Shown piece after piece: positions 8,585 to 18,872 of a DNA stretch of 64,000 bases. The translations under genes were made by a program, and so were the position numbers. How positions within the stretch are numbered: the first letter of the stretch is position 1; the number at the start of each line of letters is the position of its first letter. Under the pieces are notes generated by a model, which was given only the letters and a program-made list of their open reading frames with translations, made no database searches and was not told the origin of the DNA. Location: positions 64,001-128,000 of the forward strand of contig CAVPOC010000006.1 in NCBI GenBank assembly GCA_963706955.1. Reading direction: 5' to 3'. This DNA comes from an uncultured Verrucomicrobiae bacterium. Its GTDB lineage: Bacteria > Verrucomicrobiota > Verrucomicrobiia > Chthoniobacterales > Terrimicrobiaceae.

Positions 8585-10162
8585 CTAGCGATCTTTTCGG
8601 TAGATGGCTTTGACCGGGTGTTCGTCGAGGAGATTAGATTCGATGCCTCCCAGCTTTTCCGGATCATAGAGCTGAATTCCTACGTAGTAGAAGATGGGAC
8701 AAACCGGGACTTGCTCGCGAATGAGGATGGTTTCCGCCTCACGAAGAATTTCCAACCGCCGTTCAGGATTGGTCTCTTTGGCCGCATCCGCGATCAGGCG
8801 ATCGTAGTTCGCATCGCTCCAACCGGTTCGGTTATTCCCGTTGCCGGTGACGAAAATGTCGAGGAACGTGTTTGGGTCCGGGTAATCGCCGACCCAGCTC
8901 GATCGGGCGATGCCGTAATCGAGGGAGGAAAGCGAATTCAGATAGACCTTCCACTCCTGCAGGGCGAGGTTCACGTTGACGCCGAGATGCCGAACCCACA
9001 TTGCTTGCAACTCGACGGCGATGTCGCGGTTTTGCTGGCTCTCGTTGTAAAGGAACGTGGTTAACGGAAAACCTTTCCCGTCTGGGAACCCTGCTTCTGT
9101 GAGAAGACGGCGCGCCCCTTCTGGATCGTAGGGAAGTCCGTCCGGAGACGCATAGCCAGCCATACCGGGCGGGACAAAGCTCGTTGCGGGCAATTCTCCG
9201 GCTCGGGTGATCTTCTCGACGATTCTGCGTTTGTCCACGGCCATGGCGAACGCGCGGCGCACGCGCGGGTCGTCGAAGGGGGGCTTTGAACAATTGAAGC
9301 GCAGAAAGTAGATGCCCGCGAATGGCGCCGAATGAAAAGCCGGCGTCTTCTTAAGCTCATCGAGCAGCGCATTCGGAGTGAGATTCTTGTCGACGATCAG
9401 GTCGGCGAGGCCGCCAGCGAAAAAGTTGAAAGCGACCGTTGCCACGCTGATGGGAAGGACTTCGACACTCTGCAGAGCCACGTTCTTCGCATTCCAATAG
9501 TGGGGATTTTTGCGGAGGCGAATTCGGTCATTGATTCGCCAATCTTCGAGAACGTAGGCGCCGTTGGAGACCATCTTTTCTGGTTTTACCCAGTTATCTC
9601 CAAATTCTTTGATGGTATCAACGGGCACCGGCTGCAACGGCGGTGTAGCGCAGAGATCCAAAAAGAATGGTGTCGGGTTCTCTAGGCTAACCTCGAGTGT
9701 TTGGTCATCGAGCGCTCGGACGCCGACCGCAGAAAAGTCCGTGATCTTTCCTTCCGCAAAGGCCTGCGCATTTTTCACGTAAAATAGCTGGTAGTTATAG
9801 CTGGCGGCGGTTTCTGGAGAAAGCGTCCGTTTCCAAGACTCGACAAAGTCATGAGCAGTCAGTTGCCGTCCGTCACTCCACTTCGCATCCGAACGGATCT
9901 TGAAAGTGTAGGTCTTTCCGTCCTCGGAAACGCTCCAGGATTCGGCCATTCCCGGACCGGACTTTCCCTGGGCATTGAAGGTGGTTAGGCCCTCGAAAAG
10001 GGCGTTGACAATCCGACCCTCCGGTTGACCGGTGATGATGGAGGGATCGAGCGTCTCCGGCTCCGCGCCATTAACGAAGATCAAGTCGGCACGCTCCTGT
10101 CGCGGACCGCAACCCGAGGCTGCCGCCAGCAGAAATACGAGCATAAAGAGGCGCGAGATCAT
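8585..10162 (-). CDS. peptide ABC transporter substrate-binding lipoprotein (OppA family)
   Basis: lipobox-like ASGC, EPETLDP, LFEGL, AKWSDG...TAHDF, SNGAY, WVGDYPDP. Confidence 0.9.
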   Translation of the reverse strand: MISRLFMLVFLLAAASGCGPRQERADLIFVNGAEPETLDPSIITGQPEGRIVNALFEGLTTFNAQGKSGPGMAESWSVSEDGKTYTFKIRSDAKWSDGRQLTAHDFVESWKRTLSPETAASYNYQLFYVKNAQAFAEGKITDFSAVGVRALDDQTLEVSLENPTPFFLDLCATPPLQPVPVDTIKEFGDNWVKPEKMVSNGAYVLEDWRINDRIRLRKNPHYWNAKNVALQSVEVLPISVATVAFNFFAGGLADLIVDKNLTPNALLDELKKTPAFHSAPFAGIYFLRFNCSKPPFDDPRVRRAFAMAVDKRRIVEKITRAGELPATSFVPPGMAGYASPDGLPYDPEGARRLLTEAGFPDGKGFPLTTFLYNESQQNRDIAVELQAMWVRHLGVNVNLALQEWKVYLNSLSSLDYGIARSSWVGDYPDPNTFLDIFVTGNGNNRTGWSDANYDRLIADAAKETNPERRLEILREAETILIREQVPVCPIFYYVGIQLYDPEKLGGIESNLLDEHPVKAIYRKDR

Positions 10163-10240
10163 CGATGAGCAAGTGAAGCCAGTTTCTGGCGTGCTGCAAA
10201 TCTCGCGCGTCAGAGAAACGAACCCAATCCGAGCGCAACC

Positions 10241-11239
10241 CTAGAGAAGCTCGGCGATCTGCACCGCGTTCAGTGCTGCCCCCTTGAGAAGCTGATCACC
10301 GCACACCCAAAACGCGAGGCCATTCTCCAGCGTAGAGTCAATCCGCAGCCGGCCGACCGCGCAAACGTCTTCGCCGGCATAATTGATCGGCATCGGATAG
10401 ACATTGTCGGTCGGGTCGTCGCGCAGCTCGATCCCGCGGAAATTGACAATGGCCTGCCGAGCTTCCGCCACGGTCACGCGCTCTTGAAACTCCGCATTCA
10501 CAGCCACGCAATGAGCGCGATAGACCGGGACCCGCACGCATGTGACCGATGCTTTGAAGCTGGGCAGATGCATGATTCGCCGTGCTTCGTTCTGCAACTT
10601 CAGTTCTTCCTTCGTGTAACCCGAGTCCAGAAAGGAATCCACCTGCGGGATGACATTGAAGGCAATTTGATGTGGAAATACTTCACGCTCGATCGGCCGT
10701 CCGGAGATCATCGCTTTCGACTGCTGGCGGAGCTCTTCCATCGCCAGCGCGCCCGCTCCCGAAACGGCCTGATAACTCGCCGCGAACATCCTGGTGACTC
10801 GAAATTTGCGATGTAATGGATACAGCGCCATCAAGGCGATTGCCGTCGTGCAATTGGGATTGGCGATAATCCCTCGATGAGCCGCGACGTCCCCCCCATT
10901 AATTTCCGGCACGACCAGGGGCACCTCAGTCTGCATTCGATGGGCAGAGGAATTATCGATAACAATAGCGCCCGACTGCACAGCGATAGGCGCGTACTCC
11001 AGCGAAATAGCTGCCCCTGCGCTGAAAAACGCCAGATCGACATCCTCGAAGGAGTTTACACCGAGGGTTTGGACGGCAAGTTCTTGGCGTCGGAACTTGA
11101 AAGTCTTGCCGGCAGAACGGGCGGAGGCGAGAAGCTTCACTGACGAGGCGGGAAAGTTCCGCCGCTCGATCACGTGAAGCATTTCGATACCCACGGCGCC
11201 AGTTGCGCCAACGATTGCAACTCGATATTGTCGGGTCAT
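10241..11239 (-). CDS. asd: aspartate-semialdehyde dehydrogenase
   Basis: VAIVGATGAVG, IDNSSAHRM, ANPNCTT, YQAVSGAG, CVRVPV..AH, DQLLKGAALNAVQIAE; start at ATG 11239. Confidence 0.95.
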   Translation of the reverse strand: MTRQYRVAIVGATGAVGIEMLHVIERRNFPASSVKLLASARSAGKTFKFRRQELAVQTLGVNSFEDVDLAFFSAGAAISLEYAPIAVQSGAIVIDNSSAHRMQTEVPLVVPEINGGDVAAHRGIIANPNCTTAIALMALYPLHRKFRVTRMFAASYQAVSGAGALAMEELRQQSKAMISGRPIEREVFPHQIAFNVIPQVDSFLDSGYTKEELKLQNEARRIMHLPSFKASVTCVRVPVYRAHCVAVNAEFQERVTVAEARQAIVNFRGIELRDDPTDNVYPMPINYAGEDVCAVGRLRIDSTLENGLAFWVCGDQLLKGAALNAVQIAELL

Positions 11240-11253
11240 AGGGAGAGAACATA

Positions 11254-11736
11254 ATGAGTAACATCTCGTCGAAGGATGTCCACGATCCATTGCATCTTCG
11301 CATTGACGCGACGCGCCAGATTCTGCAGCTAATCCGCGGCGACAGGGTCGAGAAAAGCTACCCGATCTCGACCTCGAAGTTCGGTCTTGGTTTCGAACCA
11401 GGAAGCAACAGGACTCCCCTCGGGCGCTTTGTCGTTAGTGAAAAAATCGGCGCGGATGCCATCCCAGGCGCTGTTTTCAAGAGCCGACTGGCTACCGGGG
11501 AAATTGCCTCACAAGGCGGCGATGAGGATCTGGTCCTCACGCGCATACTTTGGCTGGCCGGTCTGGACGAAAGTAACGCCAACACCAAAGAGCGCTATAT
11601 CTACATTCATGGAACCAATCAAGAGGGGCTGCTTGGCACACCAGCCAGCCACGGATGTGTCCGCATGAGCAATGCCGACGTCGCCGAGTGCTTTGAGCAA
11701 ATACCTGAAGGAACTCCAGTGGAAATCGTTACGTAA
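11254..11736 (+). CDS. L,D-transpeptidase (YkuD-like) domain protein
   Basis: YPISTSKFG.G...GS.RTPLG, IYIHGT...LG.PASHGCVRM catalytic motif; start could alternatively be TTG 11290. Confidence 0.88.
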   Translation: MSNISSKDVHDPLHLRIDATRQILQLIRGDRVEKSYPISTSKFGLGFEPGSNRTPLGRFVVSEKIGADAIPGAVFKSRLATGEIASQGGDEDLVLTRILWLAGLDESNANTKERYIYIHGTNQEGLLGTPASHGCVRMSNADVAECFEQIPEGTPVEIVT

Positions 11737-11766
11737 TATTTTTATTCGTGACAGAGAAAAGGTCGG

Positions 11767-12426
11767 CTAGCGAGATTGCGGGAGCGCCTGAAGATACTCC
11801 GGTCCCGTCGGGCAGATATCAAGCAACTCGCAGTGCGGGCAGTCGGGTTTCCGAGCGAAACATCGACGACGGCCGTGCCAGATGAGCCAATGGCTGAGCA
11901 AAGTCCACTGATCACGCGGGAACAACCTCATTAGGTCTTGCTCGATTTTTATTGGGTCGCGGTTTTTCGTGAGACCAAGTCGAGCGGAAACGCGTGCCAC
12001 GTGAGTATCGACGACTACTCCTTCGTCAATGCCAAAGGCATTGCCCAAGACAACATTCGCCGTCTTGCGGCCGACTCCCGGAAGCGCGGCCAGGGCGTCG
12101 AGTGAGCGTGGAACCTGACTCCCGTGCTCAGCCAGGAGCTTTGCCGCCATGGCGCGGATATTCTTGGCCTTATTGCGAAAGAATCCTGTTGAACGGATTA
12201 TTGTCTCGAGTTCTTCCTGCGGTATTTCCGCGTAGTCCTTGGCCTTCTTGCAGCGCGCAAAAAGAGCCTTCGTGACGATGTTAACGCGCTTGTCGGTGCA
12301 CTGCGCCGATAAGATGGTCGCGACGAGAAGCTCGAGCGGATTTCTGAAATCGAGTTCGCAATGGGCATCAGGATAAACCTCCCGAAAACGGCGAGCCAAT
12401 TCACGAGCTCTTGCAGGAGGCGCCAT
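11767..12426 (-). CDS. nth: endonuclease III
   Basis: LLVATILSAQCTDKRVN, HhH LPGVGRKTANV, VDTHV, C-terminal C..RKP.C..C.L..IC Fe-S motif. Confidence 0.95.
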   Translation of the reverse strand: MAPPARARELARRFREVYPDAHCELDFRNPLELLVATILSAQCTDKRVNIVTKALFARCKKAKDYAEIPQEELETIIRSTGFFRNKAKNIRAMAAKLLAEHGSQVPRSLDALAALPGVGRKTANVVLGNAFGIDEGVVVDTHVARVSARLGLTKNRDPIKIEQDLMRLFPRDQWTLLSHWLIWHGRRRCFARKPDCPHCELLDICPTGPEYLQALPQSR

Positions 12427-12460
12427 GCAGGGAATCGAGCAGCGACTACTGAGGACGCTG

Positions 12461-13501
12461 CTATTTTAGCGTTCGGAGTATCTCCTGAATCGCCACGCGG
12501 CAGCCGCAGGTCTGCAAGTCTCCACCGCCGTAATACAGATCGAGCGTGCCATCATCGTTGTCGATGAGCCCGCTGTGAAAGACGATGTTTGGCAGGAGAC
12601 CTTCGCGTTCGTAGGGGGCTTCCGGAATTAGAAAAGGCTCACGGGAACGCGCAATGACTCGCCAGGGTTTGTCGAGATCCATCAGGAGCGCACCAGTGCA
12701 ATAGCGCGTATTGTCATCGCATCCGTGGTAAAGCTCGAGCCAGCCTTCGGGCGTCTTGATCGGAGAGGCGCCGGCACCCACTCGTTGGCTGTCCCATTGC
12801 CCGCGTCGGGGGCCGATGACGGCCCGATGGCGTCCCCAGTCGAGCAGGTTATCGGATGAGGCCAGCCAGATTGCCAAGCTGCCGACGAACTTCGCGGCCG
12901 GTCGATGCAACGTGTAGTAGCGTCCGCCGATCTTCTCGGGAAAGATCGCGACGTCTTTGTTGTCAGGCCCGAAGATTACGCCGAGCTTCTCGAAGGCGCG
13001 GAAATCTCGCGTTCGTGCGAGACAGGTCACCACGCCAAGCTCCGATACCCCGGTGTAGTTGATGTAGAAAGTGTCTTCGAGCTTTGTGATCCGCGCGTCT
13101 TCGATGCCGTATGTTTCATACGGCCCGGAGGCGCTCAGGGAGGGCTTGCTGTCGATCAAGAAAGTCTTTCCATCTTCGGAGATGGCGGTCCGGAAGTGGC
13201 TCAGGGAAGTGAGATAGTTTATGCCCTGGTAGCAGAAAACGCGGGGATCACGCGCGTCGAGTTCCGGATCATCAAGCGGGCAGCGCAGAATCTTCAACTC
13301 GCCGGTGACCTGATCGATGACAGCCGTGGAGATGTAGCCTTTTTCCTGAAGCGGGCGTTCCGCAACGCGGATAAGCAGAACTTTCCTCCCTTGATAGGAG
13401 GCAGCTCCGGGATTGAAGGCACAGAGGACTTCAAAATCGGGGCGCGAAGGCTTCACGTCCTGTGGAGAAATGAGAGGATTATTCGGAAATCGCTGGATCA
13501 T
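12461..13501 (-). CDS. glycoside hydrolase family 130 (mannoside phosphorylase-like)
   Basis: AFNPGA, DPRV, YLTSLSH, YGIEDARIT, NKDVAIFPEKI, LHRP, LELYHG, VFHSG beta-propeller motifs. Confidence 0.85.
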   Translation of the reverse strand: MIQRFPNNPLISPQDVKPSRPDFEVLCAFNPGAASYQGRKVLLIRVAERPLQEKGYISTAVIDQVTGELKILRCPLDDPELDARDPRVFCYQGINYLTSLSHFRTAISEDGKTFLIDSKPSLSASGPYETYGIEDARITKLEDTFYINYTGVSELGVVTCLARTRDFRAFEKLGVIFGPDNKDVAIFPEKIGGRYYTLHRPAAKFVGSLAIWLASSDNLLDWGRHRAVIGPRRGQWDSQRVGAGASPIKTPEGWLELYHGCDDNTRYCTGALLMDLDKPWRVIARSREPFLIPEAPYEREGLLPNIVFHSGLIDNDDGTLDLYYGGGDLQTCGCRVAIQEILRTLK

Positions 13502-13568
13502 TGATATCGAGAGTGGATCGGGTCTACGGCGAGTTGGGCTCAGAAGTCATCCTGCGGCACAATCGTGC

Positions 13569-14183
13569 TCACTGACCGGACAGTAGGACAAGCCTTGATG
13601 ATCGCCGAAATTTTTCCGCTGAGGGTTTGAATACCCGATCGTAGTTCTGAGGGTCCGTGCGTGCGAGGCCAAATAAGGCTGTGTAGCCATAATGCCACTC
13701 ATAGTTGTCCGCAAGCGACCAGGCAAAATAGCCGCAAACATCATAGCCATCGCGAATGGCACGTCCAATCGCAGCGATGTGATTGCGCATGTACCAAACT
13801 CGCTTGGCATCATCAGGTGTGGCGATGTCATTTTCGGTGATCATCATCGGTTTGCCGTAGCGATCACCGACTCGCTTGATTTCCTTGTAGAGTCCGTCGG
13901 GATCGATACGCCGCCCATCATTGTAAAGTTATGCCCGCGGCGGTAAGGCTCGGAAAGGAGCGAGAGCGGTCCAGGCGCCTGGGAAGTAATAGTAATTAAA
14001 CCCGATGATATCGCTGATAGCGTAGATTCGATCCAGATGATCGACGTTTCCATGGATCATCGTCTTGTAAATGATGCCGCCTGGATCGAGCGGAGCCCGG
14101 TCCCACCACGGCAAAGCTTCAACGCTCATGACCTTGGCGCTTGGTCTAATTGCTTTGATCCGGGTAGCCGCATCACGGAACAT
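13569..14183 (-). pseudogene. 5'-truncated, frameshifted glycoside hydrolase family 1 (beta-glucosidase) gene
   Basis: fragments in different frames: DIIGFNYY; MG[W]RIDPDGLY..I..V..RYGKPMMITEND; GYFAWSLADNYEW..GY..LFGL; no N-terminal half with the NEP motif upstream. Confidence 0.8.
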
Positions 14184-14367
14184 TGCCGTGCTCGCGTCAA
14201 TGGCCTTCCGATAATGTCCAACCTAGCGACACGTGGCGAAAAAGCTCATGGTTCTCGGCCACATGAAAATCTAAGAGGGCCGTTTCACCACGAAATGGCG
14301 TTAGCACGTTTTGCTGCTTTTCTACCAGGTTGATGACGATTCGCGAGATCTGAGCAGTTGACGCTTA

Positions 14368-14652
14368 TCAAGCGGCTCGTTTGCTAGGTGGATCAGCAAG
14401 TTCTTCTGCCGTTTGCAATGAGACAAATGGCTGATAGCTCCGGCGCACTCTGTCCTTACGAAACCATGCCGCGTAAAGGCGCAAACCGCGAGCACGTCGA
14501 TCGGCGGCCTGGATCCGTCGCAACTCAGCCCGCTCGTAGTCGCGAAGGGCACGACGCAAGCGCCGGGCACGCTTCTCCATGCGAGCCGCCAGCCACACCG
14601 CCACCCAGAGTTTTACCTTCTGCTGCATTGAATAAACGCAGACGATTAGCAT
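14368..14652 (-). CDS. hypothetical Arg-rich small protein
   Basis: 94-aa ORF only, no recognisable motif. Confidence 0.3.
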   Translation of the reverse strand: MLIVCVYSMQQKVKLWVAVWLAARMEKRARRLRRALRDYERAELRRIQAADRRARGLRLYAAWFRKDRVRRSYQPFVSLQTAEELADPPSKRAA

Positions 14653-15153
14653 AACTAATATTTTTCGTCAAACATCAAAGCACGGTCAGGTTTGGTCGGG
14701 GTGGCCAGTATGAAACGCTTGATGGCTGCGACAATCTGACAATACGCGATCGCTTTATTGCTGCTGCGATGACACAGAGTCTGGACATTCGCGGCGAAAT
14801 AGAACGCTCCGCGCATCGCTCCGTTTATGAGGACGGCGAGCGTTTGTCGTTCGACGAACGGCACCTGTAGATGGGCGTCCTAGGTCTAGCAGAACTTCGC
14901 GGAAACTTGGACTCGGCATTTACATGCGCCAGAGTCATTCGCATGCGGCGCCTTGCCTTATTGAAAAAAGACAGGTAAACAACTGTATAGCTTATGGCTT
15001 GTATCACTTCGCCACGAGCCTGGCGCGTGGCAGGCCGAGCGCTGCAAATGCATTTGTTCGTCTGCAGCCTTATGCGGTCTCCGGCGCGATGCCTCTTCGA
15101 ACGGCCGCCACTTAGGCGGGAGCTCGCCAGAGAAGATCGTCATACGTGCGGAT

Positions 15154-16827
15154 GTGCGACGCCTGATTATGCCTGAGCCAGTCACGCCAAATCCGAAATC
15201 GCGACCTGCGAATCGCAGGCGAGCGGAGCTTCTGCTCGCGGGAGTTCTCGTCCTCCTGCTGCTAGGAATACCATTCATTAGCGTCTTCCAAAAATCGGCA
15301 AAGGAGGCGCCCAAAGACAACCTCCATGTAACCGCGGGTGGGCCGCCCACTGTTATGCAAATGCGCGCCACCGACAAGGGGGCCCGGGCGGAAAACTCCG
15401 CCTACGTGCTCTCGCTTAATCAAGAGGTTTACGTGGACGTTCGATCGCCAGGCATTTGGCTGCTCCAGCTCATGAACGCTCTGGGCAAACAAGACCTCGA
15501 TCCACGTGGCAAGGTCACGCTCGATACGGTGGTCTTTGATCCGACAACGGAAAAGGAAGAGCATGCGCGATTGCAGGCGTTGCGTGAGCAGCGAGACGCT
15601 ATCCGGATCGAACGACAAGAAGTCGAAGCGATGCCTGACGGCCAGGAGAAAAGAGTTCGTCTGGGCCAGTTGGCCGCACGCGAAGCCGCCCTAAATAAGG
15701 ATGTCGATCAACTCTTGCTCAGCCGGCGGAGTTCCGCGTGGGATCAATTCCTCAAGGACACGCTGGAGCGCTCCTGCCTGGTAGTGAACGGCCGCGTGTT
15801 TCAGGATCTAAACGCACAAGTCGCTTACGATTGGCACGAGTATTCTGAACATAAGAACACGAAAGGCGATTACGATCATGACCAGTACGTCGCCCTCCGC
15901 TTCAAAGTGTTAATGACCGAGAAGAATAAGCCGCTCTGGTTGGAGTTGCTTGGCGGAGCCGGGTTCGCGCGAAAGCCGATGAACGTTTCCATCGCGATGG
16001 TCGATCTTTTTGAACGAGGCAACACGGAGATCATGCCGACGGCTATCAACCCCTCCATTAATCCGCCGGAGTGGCAGAGAGTAAGTCTAAAGGCTTCGAC
16101 CGATTGGCTGACGTGGTTGCTGCTGGAGTGCTTTTTCCTGCTCTTCTTGCTGTTCTTGTATTATGCCTTCGCCACTAAAGTCCTTCGCGATATGGCGCCT
16201 GACGGCCTATGGCACCTCAGTCTCGGGCGTTGCCAAATGGCTTTTTGGTTCTTCATCGTCGCGGGATCGTACATCTTTCTTTGGATTGTCACGGGCGATT
16301 ACCGAACCCTGACCGCTCAGGAACTGCTGCTGCTCGGTCTTAGCTCCGCCACCGGTCTGGGCGCATTTCTCATTACTGACGAGCCGGACACAGCCACGCC
16401 TCGCGGTTCAACTGTCCTGACCAAGGAAGAGCTGAGTCTGGAAGACCCCGACAAACTACAGGCCCTCGCGCTTTCAGAGCGAGAGATTCAAAAACGGGCC
16501 GGTTTGACTGAGGCAGAGGTTCTTCGTTCGCAGGCGCGGGTCGCCGAGCTTGAGCGCCGGGCAGCATATTATAAGAGGGGATGGCGCTCGGCGCTGCGCC
16601 GCTCGGTCAACGACCTTCTTTCTGAATCGAACGACGGCCGGCCAAGCTTCCATCGCTTTCAAATGATCGGTTGGAATCTTGCTTTCGGAGTGATCTTCAT
16701 ACGCGCTGTCTATTACAAGTTGGCCATGCCGGAATTCAGCAGTGATCAATTGCTGCTGATGGGCATTAGTAATGGGACCTATCTGGGCTTCAAGTGGTCC
16801 GCCTCGAGGACCAACAAATCTCCATAA
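15154..16827 (+). CDS. uncharacterised membrane protein (N-terminal anchor, extracytoplasmic domain, duplicated C-terminal TM module)
   Basis: 557-aa ORF (start may be 15169); SLGRCQMAFW..LLLLGLS and SFHRFQMIGW..LLLMGIS repeats. Confidence 0.85.
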   Translation: MRRLIMPEPVTPNPKSRPANRRRAELLLAGVLVLLLLGIPFISVFQKSAKEAPKDNLHVTAGGPPTVMQMRATDKGARAENSAYVLSLNQEVYVDVRSPGIWLLQLMNALGKQDLDPRGKVTLDTVVFDPTTEKEEHARLQALREQRDAIRIERQEVEAMPDGQEKRVRLGQLAAREAALNKDVDQLLLSRRSSAWDQFLKDTLERSCLVVNGRVFQDLNAQVAYDWHEYSEHKNTKGDYDHDQYVALRFKVLMTEKNKPLWLELLGGAGFARKPMNVSIAMVDLFERGNTEIMPTAINPSINPPEWQRVSLKASTDWLTWLLLECFFLLFLLFLYYAFATKVLRDMAPDGLWHLSLGRCQMAFWFFIVAGSYIFLWIVTGDYRTLTAQELLLLGLSSATGLGAFLITDEPDTATPRGSTVLTKEELSLEDPDKLQALALSEREIQKRAGLTEAEVLRSQARVAELERRAAYYKRGWRSALRRSVNDLLSESNDGRPSFHRFQMIGWNLAFGVIFIRAVYYKLAMPEFSSDQLLLMGISNGTYLGFKWSASRTNKSP

Positions 16828-17018
16828 GGGGCTCGCACCCTGCGCTGTTGTCGGGACGGTATTCCCGAGAAGCGCTCCAGTTGCAGCGGCAGTGGTGCTC
16901 ACCACCGAAGCGCTCGGCGCAGTCTGCAAGCGTTGCATAGGCGGCCGCTCGGCGAATCTCTTTTGAGCCGGCTCTTGTTGCTCTCCTGAAGTGGACGGAG
17001 GGAGCCGGAGCTACCGAT

Positions 17019-18662
17019 TCAGGGCGTGTCTCTCAACTTTCGGTAGCGCCGAATGACATTGTTGGTGGAACTGTCATGCTTTAGCTTCGGCGGCGTTTCG
17101 CTTTCCAGCTCGGGGATGATGCGTTGGGCGAGCGCCTTTCCAAGTTCGACACCCCACTGGTCGAAGGAGTTGATATTCCAGATCACACCTTGCGTGAAGA
17201 CGTAGTGCTCATAGAGAGCGACGAGCTTTCCAAGCACGGCAGGGGTTAGCCGCTCCGTGAGAATTATATTGGAGGGCCGATTGCCTTCAAACACCCGATG
17301 CGGGACGAGCCAGTCCGGCGTTCCTTCGGCTTGGACCTGCTCGGCGGTCTTGCCAAAGGCAAGTGCTTCGGCTTGCGCGAACACGTTAGCGACGAGCATG
17401 TCGTGATGGCGGCCCAGCGGAGTGAGCGCTTTGCCGAAGGCGATGAAGTCACAGGGAATAAGTCGCGTGCCTTGGTGAATCAGCTGATAGAACGAGTGTT
17501 GACCGTTGGTGCCAGGCTCGCCCCAGTAGATCGGACCAGTGTGATAGTTTACCGATGCACCATCGAGGGTCACATGCTTGCCATTGCTCTCCATCGTCAA
17601 CTGCTGCAAATATGCGGGAAAGCGCTTGAGGTATTGCTCATAGGGGAGCACTGCCACGGTCTCGGCCCCGAGAAAGTCAGTGTTCCAGACGGAAAGCAAG
17701 CCCATGAGAGCCGGCACGTTTTTCTCAAAGGGCGCCGTGCGGAAGTGTCTATCAATCTCGTGGAAGCCATCGAGCATCGCCCGAAAATTCTCGGGCCCAA
17801 TGGCCAGCATCGTGGAGAGCCCGATTGCCGAATCCATCGAGTAGCGCCCCCCGACCCAATCCCAAAAGCCGAACATATTTGCAGTATCGATTCCAAACGC
17901 AGACACTTTTTCGGCATTGGTCGAGACAGCGACGAAATGTTTGGCCACGGCTTTGGAGTTGTTGCCGAGTCCCTTGAGCAGCCAATCGCGCGCACTCTCG
18001 GCATTGGTCATGGTTTCAAGTGTCGTGAACGTCTTCGAGGAGACGATGAAGAGCGTTTCTGCCGGATTCAGGTCGTGGGTTGCCTCGACGAAATCAATGC
18101 CATCGACATTGGAAACGAACCGAAAAGTTAAACCGCGTTCGCTATAGTGCCGCAAAGCCTCATACGCCATCACCGGTCCCAGATCCGAACCGCCAATGCC
18201 GATGTTGACGATGTTGCGGATGCGCTTGCCGGTATACCCTTTCCATGCACCGCTGCGGACACGGTTGGCAAACGCGGACATGGCCTCGAGCACAGCATGC
18301 ACCTCGGGAACGACGTTTTTGCCATCGACCAGGATCGAAGCACCTTTCGGGGCGCGTAAGGCCACGTGGAGGACGGCTCGTTTTTCTGTAATGTTAATCT
18401 TCTCGCCGCTGAACATCGCGGCGATCCGGCCGCGCAGATCAGATTCGTCCGCCAGTTGGACGAGAAGGTTTACCGTTTCATCTGTGATGCGGTTTTTTGA
18501 GTAATCGAGGAAAAGGCCAGCTGCTTCGACGGTAAGGCGCTGGCCACGCTTCGCATCGTCGGAGAACAGTTTCGAAAGCGGCACATCCTTGATCTTCTTG
18601 TAGTGTGCCGCAAGGGCCTTCCAGGCCGGGCGTTTGATAAGTGGCTTGATGCTTGCAGTCAT
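17019..18662 (-). CDS. pgi: glucose-6-phosphate isomerase
   Basis: [64 protein letters not shown]. Confidence 0.97.
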   Translation of the reverse strand: MTASIKPLIKRPAWKALAAHYKKIKDVPLSKLFSDDAKRGQRLTVEAAGLFLDYSKNRITDETVNLLVQLADESDLRGRIAAMFSGEKINITEKRAVLHVALRAPKGASILVDGKNVVPEVHAVLEAMSAFANRVRSGAWKGYTGKRIRNIVNIGIGGSDLGPVMAYEALRHYSERGLTFRFVSNVDGIDFVEATHDLNPAETLFIVSSKTFTTLETMTNAESARDWLLKGLGNNSKAVAKHFVAVSTNAEKVSAFGIDTANMFGFWDWVGGRYSMDSAIGLSTMLAIGPENFRAMLDGFHEIDRHFRTAPFEKNVPALMGLLSVWNTDFLGAETVAVLPYEQYLKRFPAYLQQLTMESNGKHVTLDGASVNYHTGPIYWGEPGTNGQHSFYQLIHQGTRLIPCDFIAFGKALTPLGRHHDMLVANVFAQAEALAFGKTAEQVQAEGTPDWLVPHRVFEGNRPSNIILTERLTPAVLGKLVALYEHYVFTQGVIWNINSFDQWGVELGKALAQRIIPELESETPPKLKHDSSTNNVIRRYRKLRDTP

Positions 18663-18872
18663 AAGGAAGAAATCAACGTGTTCGGTTTGAAGAGTGGCGA
18701 TGTTCGGAGGAGCTCGTGCTCACCGCGCCTGCATGGTGGCAGAAACAATGGACTTTGGGGAAGACGTTTTTGCTTTAGCAAGCGACGCCGCCGGTAGTAA
18801 TCGGCAAAGTTGCCACCATAACAAAAGCGGAGCTGCCGAGCAAATGTAAGGTGCCTTCCTGAGGCGCGCGAG

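Noticed and set aside
14269..14280. 12-mer ATCTAAGAGGGC shared with 61881-61892, both near truncated genes
   Set aside because: Many 12-bp matches are expected by chance in 64 kb and the match does not extend.
14655..15007. Short minus-strand ORFs with a faint sigma region-4/HTH look
   Set aside because: Similarity too weak to support by eye.
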